Part shown: piece after piece, positions 40,823 through 54,932 of the stretch | How the letters are laid out: each line of letters starts with the position of its first letter | Numbering within the stretch: the stretch's first letter is position 1 | Assembly: GCA_964016885.1 (NCBI GenBank) | Contig: OZ024740.1 | Span: forward strand, 179,056,001 to 179,120,000 | Reading direction: 5' to 3' | Origin: Eledone cirrhosa | Taxonomy: Eukaryota | Length of the DNA: 64,000 bases | Notes under the pieces: generated by a model | What the model saw: the letters and a program-made list of their open reading frames with translations, nothing else | The model's database searches: none | Told to the model about the DNA's origin: nothing | Translations under genes and position numbers: made by a program

Positions 40823-43513
40823 CATGAAGAATGCACCTCCCAACATAGACTGATAATTAGCGACCTCATAGTCAGGACGAGACGTACTCGACAGCAGAAG
40901 AGGACTATCCTCAGGAGAAAAATATGGAAGCTAAAGGACCCCACAGCCAGAAATAAATTTCAAAGCATATTACCTGATGCTTTCGACAGTAAGGAAGAAC
41001 ATTTAGAGTTGGACAATATAGAGGGACAGTGGGAATTTCTGAAAGCAAACCTGCTGTTGGCGACAGACGAAGTCTGTGGCTGGAGCAGGCCTGCAGGCAG
41101 GAGGAGAGTAACATGGTGGTGGAACAGTAAGGTGGAGGGGTCAATTAAGGCCAAAAAGCAGGCTTGGAAAGTATGGCGGGATGGGGAAGTAGAGAAGACT
41201 ATCAAGTGGCCAGGAGGCAAGCTAGGAGACAAGTGTACTTAGCAAGAAGGGAAGCAGAGGAAAGAAAGTTCAAGCATGTTCTACAACGCGATGACCAAAA
41301 CGTGAGGTGTTCAGGATTGCTAGGCAATGCGTCAAGGAAAACCGTGATATTGTCGGGGAGAAGTGTGTACTTAGCGATGATGGCATACTTGCCATCACCG
41401 ACGCTGATAAGAAGGTAGCTTGGAAGTGTCACTATGAAAGGCTACTAAATGAGGAGAATAAATGGGAGAAAGACAGTCTCCCCCATATCGACCCAATAGA
41501 GGGACCAGCAGTGTTAGTCGAGGGGAGTATAATAAGTAAGGCAATCAAGGATATGAAGACGGGTAAGGCGGCTGGGCCTTCGGAAATAGTTGCTGAGATG
41601 CTGAAGGCATCTGGCACGGTGGGACACACCATGGTCACCCGCATAGTTAACCAAGTCGTACAGAATGGGGTTGTTCCGAAGGACTGGCATAGCAGCATCA
41701 TCGTTAACTGTTATAAGGGTAAAGGAGACGCCCTAGATAGGAGTAACTATAGAGGCATTAAATTAATCGACCAGGTCATGAAGGTCACGGAAAAAGTAAT
41801 AGCACAACTAATCAGAGAGAAAATTGACCTAGATGAAATGCAGTTCGGGTTTGTGTCAGGAAAAACTACTACAGACGCTCTTTTCATTGTACGACAACTA
41901 CAGGAGAAGTACCTAGCTAAAGGTAAACATCTCTACTTAGCTTTTGTCGACTTGGAGAAAGCCTTCGACAGAGTCCCCCGCTCCATTATCTGGTGGGCTC
42001 TTAGAAAACTAGGCGTTGACGAATGGCTTGTGAGAGCTATACAAGCCATGTATAAAGAAACAGTCAGCAAGGTTAGAATTAACAACGAATATAGTGAAGA
42101 GTTTAGCGTAAAAGTTGGCGTCCATCAGGACTCTGTTCTCAGCCCACTACTATTTATTATTGCCCTTCAGGCTATAACAGAGGAGTTCAAGACCGGCTGC
42201 CCATGGGAACTCCTATACGCAGACGACCTGACACTCATAGCGGAATCAATGGCCGACCTAGAGAAGAAATTCCAAACATGGAAGCACGGCCTAGAATCAA
42301 AAGGACTTAAAATTAACCTGGCTAAGACTAAAGTTCTAGTTTGTAGGAAAGAAAATAAGGCGGCGGTCCCTTCTGGGAAATGGTCGTGCTCGGTGTGTAG
42401 GAAAGGCGTAGGTAGAAACTCCATTTTATGTCCTAAATGCAAAGTATGGGTGCATAAAAGATGTAGTGGGATCGCAGGTAAGCTAACTAAGAACATAGAT
42501 TTTACATGTGGCCGGTGCTCTGGTGCAATAAGTAGCAGCAAGTGCCCACACAATACTAGCTCTTTCAATTGCGCAGAGGGTTCTATAGAAATAGTGGACA
42601 GTTTCCGTTACCTGGGTGATAAAATCAGCAGTGGGGGAGGGTGCTCAGAAAGTACAGTAGCTAGAGTCAGAACTGGTTGGAAAAAGTTCAGAGAGCTTAT
42701 ACCACTATTAGCTGCTAAAGGGTTCTCCCTAAAAATGAAAGGCAGGTTGTACGATGCCTGCATACGAACAGCAATGTTGCATGGCAGTGAGACCTGGGCA
42801 TTGTGTGCAGAGGATATACGCAGACTAGAGGAACGAAGCTTGCATGCTCCGCTGGATGTGTAACAGTAATATACATGAACGGCAAAGCATAAACGAACTA
42901 AGGAAAAAATTAGAAATAAGAGTGATCAGATGTTGTTTACTCGAGAGAAGGCTACGTTGGTATGGACACGTGATGCGCATGAAAGTCGATAGCTGTATAA
43001 CAAAGTGCAGGGCAATAAAGATAGACGGGAGCCACGGAATAGGCAGACCTAGAAAAACCTGGGACGAGCTGATAAACTCCGACCTCACACACTTACACCT
43101 CTCCAAGACAATGTCACTGGACCGAGACCTTTGGCGGTACTCAGTAACAGAGAAGACCCGCCTTACCTAAATTCATAGTAAAACCTACTTCAGTAGGCAT
43201 CTCTAACAAAATACCCCCCCCCCCCCCCCCTCCTCACCACCTCGTTCTATGTAAAGTTATGTTGGTGCCACACCATCCAGGCCGAAACAAATGAGATCGT
43301 GTAGGTGTCACGACAAAAAAACACACAGTCCACGCTGTAATGTGGCCATGTAGGCAACACGGTAAAAACCTCCCAGACCCACACTGTAAATGTGGTTGGT
43401 GTTAGGAAGGGCATCCAACTGTAGAGAACCTGCCAGACAGTCCTATGCGAGCAAGAGAATCACTCTTGCCTCAAGTGGGACTACCCCCGTCCAAACCCAT
43501 GCACGCGTGGAAC
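40823..43513 (+). mobile_element. 5'-truncated RTE LINE with frameshifts
   Basis: ORFs 41009-41242, 41164-41418, 41307-42863 and 42844-43170 tile the RT, followed by the 3' UTR. Confidence 0.95.
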
Positions 43514-43515
43514 CA

Positions 43516-43516
<1 letters not shown>

Positions 43517-43551
<35 letters not shown>

Positions 43552-43995
43552 TATATATATATATATATACACTATATATATATATATATATATATATACA
43601 CTATATATATATATATATATATATACACACTATATATATATATATATATACACACTATATATATATATATATACACTATATATATATATATATATATACA
43701 CTATATATATATATATATATAATACACTATATATATATATATACACTATATATATATATATATATACACTATATATATATATATATATATACACTATATA
43801 TATATATATACACTATATATATATATATATATACACTATATATATATATATATATACTATATATATATATATATACACTATATATATATATACACTATAT
43901 ATATATATATACACTATATATATATATATACACTATATATATATATATATATACACTATATATATATATATACACTATATATATATATATATATA

Positions 43996-44045
<50 letters not shown>

Positions 44046-44283
44046 TATATATATATACACTATATATATATATATACACACTATATATATATATATATAT
44101 ACACTATATATATATATATATATACACACTATATATATATATATATATATACACACTATATATATATATATATATATATACACACTATATATATATATAT
44201 ATATATATACACACTATATATATATATATATATATATACACACTATATATATATATACACACACTATATATATATATATACAC

Positions 44284-44314
<31 letters not shown>

Positions 44315-44366
44315 TATATATATATATACACTATATATATATATATACACTATATATATATATATA

Positions 44367-44402
<36 letters not shown>
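43517..44402. repeat. (TA)n array punctuated by CAC/CACAC units
   Basis: Repeating CAC(TA)n higher-order unit. Confidence 0.95.
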
Positions 44403-44405
<3 letters not shown>

Positions 44406-44453
44406 ATATGCATAAGGTAAGTATATACGTTCAACAATCTGGCAGGAAGGTAT

Positions 44454-44496
44454 ACGTTGCTGACGATAGCTAATAAGCTTGAAACTAGTACAGCGT
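44454..44496 (+). ncRNA. Minimal type I hammerhead ribozyme (family B, second copy)
   Basis: ACGUUG-CUGACGA-UAGCU AAUA AGCUU-GAAA-CUAG-UA/CAGCGU. Confidence 0.75.
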
Positions 44497-44713
44497 TCCT
44501 TTGTCAGTGTTGAACAAATGAGCAACGATGGTTGCTAGACACTACGGCTTAATACGGGATGTTTGTTTACAAACACACCGAGCATTATAATAAATGTTCG
44601 GTGAATCCATACGTACATATATATATGTGTATGTATGTATATATATATACATACTACTGTAAGCCTGTATACATATATGTATGTACGAGTACATACTTAT
44701 ATATATACATATA

Positions 44714-45353
44714 TCATCATCATCATCGTTTAACATCCATATTCCACGCTCGTTTGGACGGGAGTTTTCCCACTTGAGGCAAGAGTGGTTGTCTTGCTCG
44801 CATAGGACTGTCTGGCGGGTTTTCTACGGCTTGATGCCCTTCCTAACACCAACCACATTTACAGTGTGGAACTGGGAGGTTTGTTACCGTGTTACCTACA
44901 CAGCCACATTACAGCGTGGACTGTGTGTTTATTTTTTGTCGTGACCTACACGACCTTGTTTGTTTCGGTCTGGATGTTGTGGTACCAACATAACTTTACA
45001 TTGAAAAGGGTGGTGTGGATGGGGTGGGGGGTAGTGGGACGGAGGGTCTATTTTGTTAGAGGTGCCTACTGACTGTAGTAGGTTTCACTTTGCACTTAGG
45101 TAAGGCGGGTCTTCTCTATTACTGTGTAGCGCCAAAGATCTCGGTCCAGTGACATTGTCTTGGAGGTGTAAGTGTGTGAGGTCGGAATCTATCAAGTCGT
45201 CCCAGGTTTTTCTGGGTCTGCCTACTCCGTGGCTACCGTCTATTTTTATTGCCCTGCACTTTTTTATACAGCTGTCGTCTTTCATGCGCATCACGTGAAC
45301 ATACCAACGTAGTCTTCTCTCGAGTAAACAACATCTGATCCCTCTTATTTCTA
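44714..45353 (-). mobile_element. 5'-truncated, more diverged RTE LINE
   Basis: [17 protein letters not shown]...GRPRKTW plus 3' UTR and (GAT)n tail. Confidence 0.9.
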
Positions 45354-46019
45354 TATATATATACACACACACATATATACATATACTACACATTTGTTAT
45401 CGAAAACATGATCTGCCAACACACTCTTTGAGTTTTCTGAAGGTGCAAGTGTATTTCTGTATCTAGCGAACAATCCTCAACAAAGCATAGCCCAGATAAA
45501 CAAAAGTGTCATCTACATGCAACATAGTTCCATGCACCATTATATTTGGCTAAATGTATGCTTCACCTGGTGGTGAACATTACCTTAGTCAAAATTGTTG
45601 CACGTCATCTTGAGAATGAGCCAGAAAGTCAACATCATCAGCATACCGGAGTTCTCTAATTAGTGTTTGGAAATCGGCAACTAAACCTGCATCCCCACCA
45701 AGGTTGCTTGGTGAGGAGTGTGGTTTTGGACACTCCGCGGAATGAAAAACAAAACCCATCAAAGGGCGGATGAACTCAGGAGAGTCAACGGCCATCCAAT
45801 AGTACATACACTTGTATGTGCTTATATCTTTGTATATATACAAATATTTTTATGTGTATATATATATATATATATATAATTTTTTAACCTTTTAACATTA
45901 AACATCTTTTTTAATGGGATAGAGTCCGTGGTTACGAAAATTGAAATAAGTTAGTGAACTGATGCAGCTCATCTACAGGTGTGGTGGCCATAGATGAGAA
46001 AATAAAATTTATTGGGAAT

Positions 46020-48345
46020 GAATGACCCTGAACTATTGCAGTATCATTCTAAGAGAGAGACACTTTGAAATAAAACCTGCAGTTGATGTGATTACTGGTC
46101 ATCTGGTTTAGGCTTGTCACCAGACAATAATCACTGAAACTTAGAGTGGTACTCATGTAGTACAAGTGTTTGCCACTATAATCCAATGATGTACATATTT
46201 TATGATCTTTTATGATCTCCTCTGTCATTTTATCAGCTGAAAGTCCCATAGCGATGGAGGAGTGGAGACATATGCAGAGCTGAACAGTTGGAAGTACAGA
46301 GTTGCAAATTTGCACACACACATTTACAATCACACTTAGCCATCTTGTGGGCTTCATGTCAAGCTTCTCCATTTTCCCACATTTGCATACCCCATCCTCA
46401 CCAATCCTTCGACTTAATTTCCTCCTCCATTTTTAGCCATATCTTTCTTGGTCTTCCCCTTCATCTACTGTGTACAGCAACTCCCTTTATACTTTGGGCT
46501 AGTATCTTCATCACAACTACAAATAGTGGACTTACTACTGATCCTTGTTGCATTTCAATCATCCATTCCAACTCATCACTTTCTTTCCATCCTTACAACT
46601 GTATGCACTTTCTTATATAATGTCATCACTACTCCAACCCACCATCTACTACTCCCAACACTCAATGTCCATGTAACTACTTCCAATAGAACCCTATCCA
46701 AAGCTTCCTCTAGATCATCAAACACAAAAATCAAATTCATCCTCTTGTCCCTTTAAGTGCCTCACAAAAATTGCATGTCATTTCTGTGGCAAAACTGCGC
46801 TTTATTAATCAACTTTTTTCTTCATTTGCTTCTCTAACCGTATTTCCAATACTTTAACTGCTCTAAATGAGCCACAGTCTAGAAGATTGTCTTTTTGCCT
46901 TGTATAGAAGCAAGAAAGTACTCAACTCCCAATTGACTAGTGTACAGTCTTCTTTCACCACTAACCTACAGATTTGTCATCGACTCATTTTTCTCACTTC
47001 TTCCTCAGTTATCTCTTCTACCAGCCTGAGAAATGGATAGCTTTCCACATTCAACAATCTATCCATTTTCCCTTTCCCATTTCTTAATCCCATCCAAGTC
47101 TACAACAATCACTCATTTCATCCTTCAAAGTTCACCCATGTCATTCAATCATAAACATCGTTCCCTGAACCAGCTCTAAATGCATCCATTAATTCTGTGC
47201 CTCATCCCACTTCCACTTTCTTTGCAACCCACATGGCTACCTTGTAACCCAGAGGAGCTGCTTCTGCAACTTTAAATCGTCACTCTCTACCATTCTCAGA
47301 ATTTTCCTATTTTCTCGCCAAAGCTCTTGCCAAGTTTATTGTCTTAATACTGTTTCAAAGTGTCTTGATAGTCTTTTTGACCATCTACACACATCAACAA
47401 CAAAGAAAACATCTTTCAGTCTCCTAAGCACTTTCAAATTAATTTGTGTCATCTAATATACTTGTTGCTTCCTCTAACCTGTACACTTTCAGCCTTGGTT
47501 GATATTTCATTCACTGAACTCTACCTTCACCCTCATGTCATAGACAAGATGGTGCTGTGTAACAACTTCCTTTCCTGAGATTACTGTTCTATCATTAAGG
47601 ATCCTCCTACGTTATTCACATACCATCAGGTAGTTGACAGTTAACAACAGCCCATCTGACTTGAAAGTAGCTAGAACTAGGTGTTAGATTGATATTTCTG
47701 CTTCATTAGCAAACCCCCAAATCCTTTCACCCTCTTCATTCCTGTCACCATATCTACAGTTCCCATGGGTTCCCACAAAATCATCCATGCTCTTCCAATA
47801 TGTCCATTCAAATCCTCTCCCATCACGATAACTAACCACATTTTCAATCATCTCTATTGCACATCAAAATCTATCTTTCTCTGTGGTGCCTATCCTGAGA
47901 TAATGTTCACCAAGTACATTCCAATCACCAGTTTCACCATCAATCACCCATGTCAATCACAAATACTTCAGTCTATAAATAACAAAAATCAAGACACCAA
48001 CACTATGCACACCTTTGACACATTAGCTTGTACCTCTGACCTCGTCTCCCTCTCAACATTCTCACACCACGTATTTTCCATCTTTATTATTCCTGCACAC
48101 AACATATGTTCACTCTTCTATCCAGTGCCTCTTCCATCTCCATGTCACCACCACTATATTCAATGTCCTAAATCTTATAAAAGAATGACAATGATATTCA
48201 GGGTTGGGAAAGGTGTCTTGCTCCAGAAACAAAACCTTACATGGAATCTATGAGCAAGATGTGGTCCCCTGATCAATGTAGTCTCAGAACATGACAGCCC
48301 ACCTAATCTACGTAAGTATGGAAAATAAACATAAACTGATGATGA
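46020..48345 (-). mobile_element. Old degraded LINE (RTE-like)
   Basis: Strong strand asymmetry with scattered endonuclease/RT-like remnants (for example GDFNGHIG-like and GRPRK-like pieces). No intact ORF. Confidence 0.55.
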
Positions 48346-48808
48346 TATACAAAAACATATCTGAGTATATTGTTAACCAAACTAATTAGTTTTGCAAGAA
48401 CAGCTAGCCATCATCATCATCATCATCATTTCATTTTACGTCCGCGTTTTCCCTACTTGCAAGGGTGGGACGGGAACTGATTCTGGCTTGATTTCTACAG
48501 CTGGATGCCCTTCCTAACACCAACCTCATTTACAGTGAGTACTGGGTGCTTTTTTGCCGTGGCACCTCCACGACCACTTTGCAGTGGAATGATAGGGACC
48601 TCAGTCCCTAGCATCTCATTTCTACAGCTGAGTAAACTGGAGCAATGTGAAATAAAGTGTCTTGCTCAAGGAAACAACACATCACACGGTCTGAGAATTG
48701 AACTCACAACCTTTCGATTGCAAGGCCAATGCTCTAACCACTAAGCCATGTGCCTCCATGTTTTTGAGTATTTGTAACCATAGTTTAGAATTCAAGAATT
48801 AACATTAC

Positions 48809-48898
48809 CTTGGCAGGAATGACTCCATTTTTACTTACTAGATCATTGGAACCAACCATTCCACATGGCTGTAGGTTCTGCAAAGAGTCTCTCTTATT
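48809..48898 (-). CDS. GMNN: Geminin coding exon 2 (NKRDSLQNLQPCGMVGSNDLVSKNGVIPAK), D-box-like RxxL
   Basis: ttgtttgcag acceptor, AAG|GTAATG donor, 90 nt phase 0-0. KRDSLQNLQP resembles the geminin destruction-box region RRTLKxIQP. Confidence 0.85.
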
Positions 48899-50464
48899 CT
48901 GCAAACAACAGAGAATGGTTGAGGAAATAGGAAGTATTTTATTATAAAAAATGCATTTTGTAACTTCTCTCAACATAGCTAGTTGCACTGATACTTATTT
49001 ACATGCAGTTATATGTCAACACAAATAATTGTTATTTAGCCACAAGGCCAGAAATTTAAAGGGAAAAAGATGCCTACCTCCTATTTGTCTGGTACATTAT
49101 CTTACCGACTGCAGAAGGACGTCAGGCAATACTGATCTCAACACAAAGTCAGTACAAACGAAGCAAAACATCTTGTCCAATAATTCTACCAATTCACTGC
49201 ACATTGATACAATCATAACAAACCAAAAATACTTTGCATTACGTGTATGGCTCTTTTTGTGTTTAAATCTTGCCATGGTTAACTTTAACTTTCATCCTTC
49301 CAGAATCAATGAAATAAAGTACCAGTCCTCGCCCCTCAAATTTCTGGCTTTACGGCTGATATGAATTATCATTATCAATATTATAGGCAAGCATTAGTTG
49401 AAATATTTTTCTATTATCCCCAGAGGCTACAGAGAGACAGAAGAGAGAAATGAAGCGAGCATGCTTTGTTTGATGAGCTGAGACAAAAGAAGGCCGTAAA
49501 GAGGTATCAGGGGAGGTGTGCAAGAGAAAAGACTGTGCTGGTCTAGATATGAGATGTATATGGATGAGGAATGCTGATTGAAGAAGTCTCAGTGAAAGGA
49601 AAATGTAGTAGAGGACCAAGATAAACCCAGGCTATGTGAAAATGCTATTTTTTCCTGTTTTAGTTGTTTAGTCAAGAGAGAGAACAGTATCCATGAGCCA
49701 TTTCAGGAGCCTCCAAGTCTGGCGTGAGGAATGAAGAGATGTATCCTCACACTAGAAATCTAGATCAAATGCTTGCAACAGATTGAACACTGCTAAAATA
49801 CCTAAGGTTCAGGTGATCATGACAAAACATCTGACCAATTAAATAGGTTAGGGTAAGAATGGAACTCAAAATGCAAAAAAACAGAATATATACCCCAATA
49901 TACTTATCTGACACTCCACTGCCCTACACTCCATATTATCGACCCCTGAAGGACGAAACACTAAGTTAAACTTAAAAGGTACTATACAATGGCAGCAAAC
50001 CTGAAATCACATGGCTATGAACTTAATCATATAGTCATGATGTAAGGTGGTTAGTGAAAAGAAGGGCACCCAGCCATAGAAAGCTTACCAAACAAAGGGC
50101 TGGGCTAGGAAGACCCCTTAGTCATGTTGGGGACATGGTAGCCTCTCTAGTGTTGGTGACCTACATGATAAACACACCTAGTACATGCTGTAAAGATGTT
50201 GGTAATAGAAAGAACATTCAACTATAAAAAGCTTGCCAAACAAAAGGATAGAAAGACACTCCAGTTTTGTCAAAGACATGACCTTGCCTGTGCACTCGTT
50301 AGAATACAAGACCGTACATAAGTGAGACGCAGATCCCTAGCCTGTCCGGGATTTCAGCAGCCCCACTTCAGTACTGACTTGGTTTATGTAGATCCATCCA
50401 ACTCTTTCTCGCAAGGAATGCTGATGTTAAAAGAGCAATGGTGGTGATGATCACTTTTTTTTAC

Positions 50465-50497
50465 CTTACAGGTTTTGAACACCATATTTGAATTCAT
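50465..50497 (-). CDS. GMNN: Geminin coding exon 1 (MNSNMVFKTCK)
   Basis: ATG at 50497, in-frame TGA upstream (50534-50536), AAG|GTAAAA donor, phase 0 matches the next exon. Short and poorly conserved, so the least certain exon. Confidence 0.6.
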
Positions 50498-52424
50498 CTT
50501 TATAAGTATCACAACATCATGCTGGTAGCAACATCATCTTAAACTCTCAATTGTATTAACTTTATCGTCCTTTAAGGAACAGTCACCTTAGGAATATACA
50601 AATAAATTTAATATCCTTTTGATACCAACTACAACACTGAAACAAAACAGTTTACCTTTGCAAGTTCCTATTTATTAAAACCTTCCATCATTGTATGTAA
50701 GGACCTTTTGTTATGTTTCAAGCACCAAATAATTAAGTTCCCACTGCATGCCTAAATTTCTTTAAATTATTGATTATTATAAAACTAAATTGAAACACGC
50801 AGGCAAAATATTTCATTAGGAATATGGTCACGAAATGGTTAAAGGAGTGAATACCCATGGCATATGGCAGTTGTCAGAATGCGCTTTCTAGTTCTAATGA
50901 AACTGGAGACATGAACACCTTTTTCCTGTTGCAAGAGAGACCCACCATGCACATACCAACAAAACTTTTCATTGCATAAACTACAAATATGAATTACTAC
51001 ACACTAATAATTCTGTTGTATAAAATAAAATGCTAAAATCCATTATTGTAAGCAACAGCTGAAATTGTTGTGAACAGACCCAAACTTAATCTTTATGTGT
51101 GTGTATTATATTTGAAAACAACCACCACCAGATTATATCAGGATAATACTATATCTGAAAGTAAGTGCAAGGATTTTACATGGAAGCATGCTAATAATTG
51201 TTTCTACTTTTGGCATAAGGCCAGCAAATACCCAGTGCATTACTGGTACTTTATTTTATCGACCTCGTAAGGGCCGTAACTATGCGTCAAAGCATGGCGT
51301 CCGACCCTCTACCGATCCTGCCAATCCACGGACTGTTCAAGTCTAGATCATTTATTTGTCTTCTGTCATGAACTACTTCAGTAGAACAAATTCTGTTAAA
51401 AGCTAGGGAAAGGATTATATATATGATTGTTGTTGCTCTTGTTATATTCTGTTTTATATGTTGCTGTAGTAGTTATGAGATTTTATATAATAGAACATAT
51501 CATGTTTGGCAGACCAACTATATTCAAATTAAGCAAAAGAAACTTTTGGAAAAATGACAGGAAGTAGAAAGACACAACGATGAAATACCAAATGAAGAAA
51601 TTTACCTAATTTCATTTACGAGACATGAGTAAAAGATGATGATGCTGCCAATTATCAAAATCTACATGAAAAAATAATTGATGTAGCAGTTTTCTCTTAA
51701 CTAAAATCAAACCATTTTATATCATTAAAAAAAAAAAAAAAAAAAAAAATAGCCCCACAAAATGCATCCAATACACTGAAATGGATGTAGGGCATCCAGC
51801 TGTAGATGATTATGCTGGAAAAGTTGCTGGCTGCGAAAATGGCATCCCATCAACTCGCTACACAAATTACCTGAACTTTATTGATTGAGTGATAATATTT
51901 TACAAAGCTATTTACACAAAACACTATTAAAGTGAACAAAAAAGGAACTGAAACTAAAACAAAAAGCAATGAAAGAAAGGGAGAGAGTGGGGACAGACAC
52001 TACACCCCAATCTGAATGGTGCTTCAGCTGCGTCTAGCGGACAAAATGGCAAAGGCATTACAGCGGAAAATAGTCAGATACAGCTACCCCACATACAGGA
52101 TTCCTTTCTCAAGCCGTCTTTCCGATTTAAAGGAGGATTGATCTATTTCCAAGTTGTACTTCTCTTACAAAGACGATCTGTAAACATTATCTCTTTGCCT
52201 TTCATCCTTACGGGGTTGATAAAATAAAGTACCAGTAATGCACTGTGTTATTGCTGGCCTTGTGCCAAACGTAGAAACAATTATCTCTTAGTGTGAATAT
52301 TTTCGTCGCACTGTCTGCGGACATGAACTTGTATACTATATGTGTTAGTCATTATATCAGGGACCAGTTTATCATACCTAATTAATCAGATAGTTTGCCA
52401 CTGAAATCGGTGGGTGGGTTTTTC

Positions 52425-52828
52425 TATAATAATTGTTTCTACTTTAGGCACAAGGCCAACAATTACCCAGTGCATTACTGGTACTTTATTTTATCGACCC
52501 CGTAAGGATGAAAGGCAAAGTCAGCCTCGGCGGGATTTGAACTCGGATCGTAAAGGGACGTAACTATGCTGGAAAGCATGGCGTCCGACCCTCTACCGAT
52601 ACTGCCAATCCAATAATATTGGTTCCTGATTTAGGTACAAGGCCAGCAATTTTGGGAGCGTAAAGTCGATTAAATTGTCCCCAGTGCGTGACTGGTACTT
52701 TACTTTATCGACCCTGTAGAGATGAAACGCTAAGCTAACATTCGGCAGGATTTGAACGCAGATCGTAAAGGGCCGTAATTCTATGCCATAAAGCATGTCC
52801 GACGATTCACCGATACTGTCAATCCACC
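52425..52828 (-). mobile_element. Two tandem Deu/Nin-type tRNA SINEs
   Basis: Reverse complement of the 11053-11256 family. Further copies at 51195-51330 and 52192-52283. Confidence 0.85.
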
Positions 52829-53439
52829 GTGTTTTTCTATATCTTAATATTTCGACAACGAACATTTCTAAATACTACAATATATATATACCCATGGCTA
52901 AGAGCACTCAGTCCATAGGACGAGTTAAGTATTAGCTACAACACATATATATAAAAGATTTTGATAATTGAGTGTATGTGTGTGTATATATATATATATC
53001 TACACACAGACATTTGAGAGTAAAAAATATCCTAATAAATAAACAGATTAAATCAATTATAATAAAACATGAGCAAACATTAAAACTCGAGAGGGAGAGA
53101 GACTGGGAATCAGGAAAAATTAAACAAGACTTGCTGAAGATTGAATTTCCTTTGTGTTACACACTTCTACTAAATAACATAACGTGTAGCTACCTATTGA
53201 AAACGAATACCTACATCAGTTCTTGCAAATATATAAGTTATGCATGCATAGAAACAGTATTTGACAGCGAAGTATATTATCTGTTAAAGTAGAAATGTTA
53301 GTAGTTTTTTACGAATAAGCCAAGCATTATATTTACATAAAAGTATATTTCGCTATAGTTAATATTAATATAAGTAGAACCAAATAGTCGTAACGAACCG
53401 TTGTCTGAGATATCTTTCCCATTGTTGTAGTTGTATAAA

Positions 53440-53560
53440 TTACGCGTAGAGAATATTTTTTTTTTCGTTTTACAAATGGCTGTTAAGTGTTTACTTCTTT
53501 CCCGAACTTTATCCTGTTCTAAATTCCCTCCAGAAAATACGCGAGATTTTGATTGGTCTA
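53440..53560 (-). promoter_or_regulatory. Candidate geminin promoter (CCAAT box and E2F-like sites)
   Basis: Non-repetitive, CpG-containing stretch about 3 kb upstream of the ATG with GATTGG, TTTCCCGA and CGCGAGA motifs. Geminin is an E2F target in other animals. No transcript evidence. Confidence 0.3.
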
Positions 53561-53751
53561 ATATCACATCAGTTATCGTAAAGTGGATTTAGACTGATTT
53601 GTAAATACAACAGCTGTTATGACTCGACTCATTACTTGAAAACAATAGTATAAAATAGTTTTTAAGCATCTTATCTTTTATTTAATATATGTAAAATAAC
53701 TTTTAGAATAGTTGTTTATGATGCAATAGTATTATTTAACTAATATTACTA

Positions 53752-53940
53752 ATAGGACGGTGGATTGGCAGTATCGGTAGATGGTCGGACGCCATGCTTT
53801 GACGCATAGAGTTATGGCCCTTGCCATTCTGAGTTCAAATCCCGCCGAGGTTAACTTTACCTTTCATCCGTATGGGGTCGATAAAATAAAGTACCAGTAA
53901 TACACTGGTTTGCTGGCCTTGTGCCAAAAGTAGAAACAAT
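53752..53940 (+). mobile_element. tRNA SINE with TSD
   Basis: Full head and core, flanked by a TTATTTAACTAATATTAC direct repeat. Confidence 0.88.
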
Positions 53941-54932
53941 TATTTAACTAATATTACACCCAGGGTTACACGTTATATGTGTCTCTTCATCCTCTCTCCG
54001 TTTTTTCAAACTTTAGTAAATATTTCAACACTGGGTTGGCGGAATCAGTAGTGTCAGGCAAATTCATTGGGTTATTAAAAAAAAAAGAAGGAAATGATAA
54101 TATTTAAAAAATGAAAATTATTGTGTACAGTGCTCAGGTGCACTCACTGTGCTAGAAATGGCAGTCATATCTTCTGTAAATCATATAATACCAAATAAAA
54201 AAAAGAAATAAAAATGGTTATATTGGATATCGTTTTCCTAAATACACAATGTCAGCCGAAAAACAACAAAAAAACACGTGAGACGATAATATTCATCGAT
54301 TTACATTGATCTTTAACTAAACATTATTAAAAGCCAGTACTGCGAATTAAGTTGCAGTTCTTAAATTATCCGATTCTGGAATTTCTTCAAACTATATTTC
54401 TATGATTTTACGATCCTTTAGAATATGCTACGTATATATTGTCCTGTATAATTATTGTAAAACTATACTGTTTTATTTTTATTTTGCCTATTTTACGGCA
54501 TTCTTTTTTTTTTATTGTTTAGAATTAAAAAAGTTTATTTTATTTGCAGTTATATAAATTACATTACAAAATGTTCACAATTCTTTCAGAATGAAAACTT
54601 AAACTCATATAATAAATACAATTAACTATTGGTAGGAGCCTCACAAATATAACACACCAAAATATACGATCAGAGCGAGAGAAAGAAAAAAAAAAGGGAA
54701 AACAAAAACATAAAACGACTCTTAAGGGCGACAATCGGCCGCACATCAGAGGTGTCAGCTGGATTTTTTGTGGAAGCCAATACGCTCGTAGCATCACCGT
54801 GGGTGATGGCGAAGCTAAGGCGCTGAAACAAAAGGAATGTGAAAGTTTTCACATCTGTTTCTAGCGGATGCGAGTAGCCAAAAGTTACACACGCGTATGC
54901 ACACACAGGCATATACACATGTTTATATATAT

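Noticed and set aside
43517-44402. Regularly punctuated repeat resembling a CRISPR-like array
   Set aside because: The spacers are only variable-length (TA)n from microsatellite slippage, in a eukaryotic context with no cas genes.
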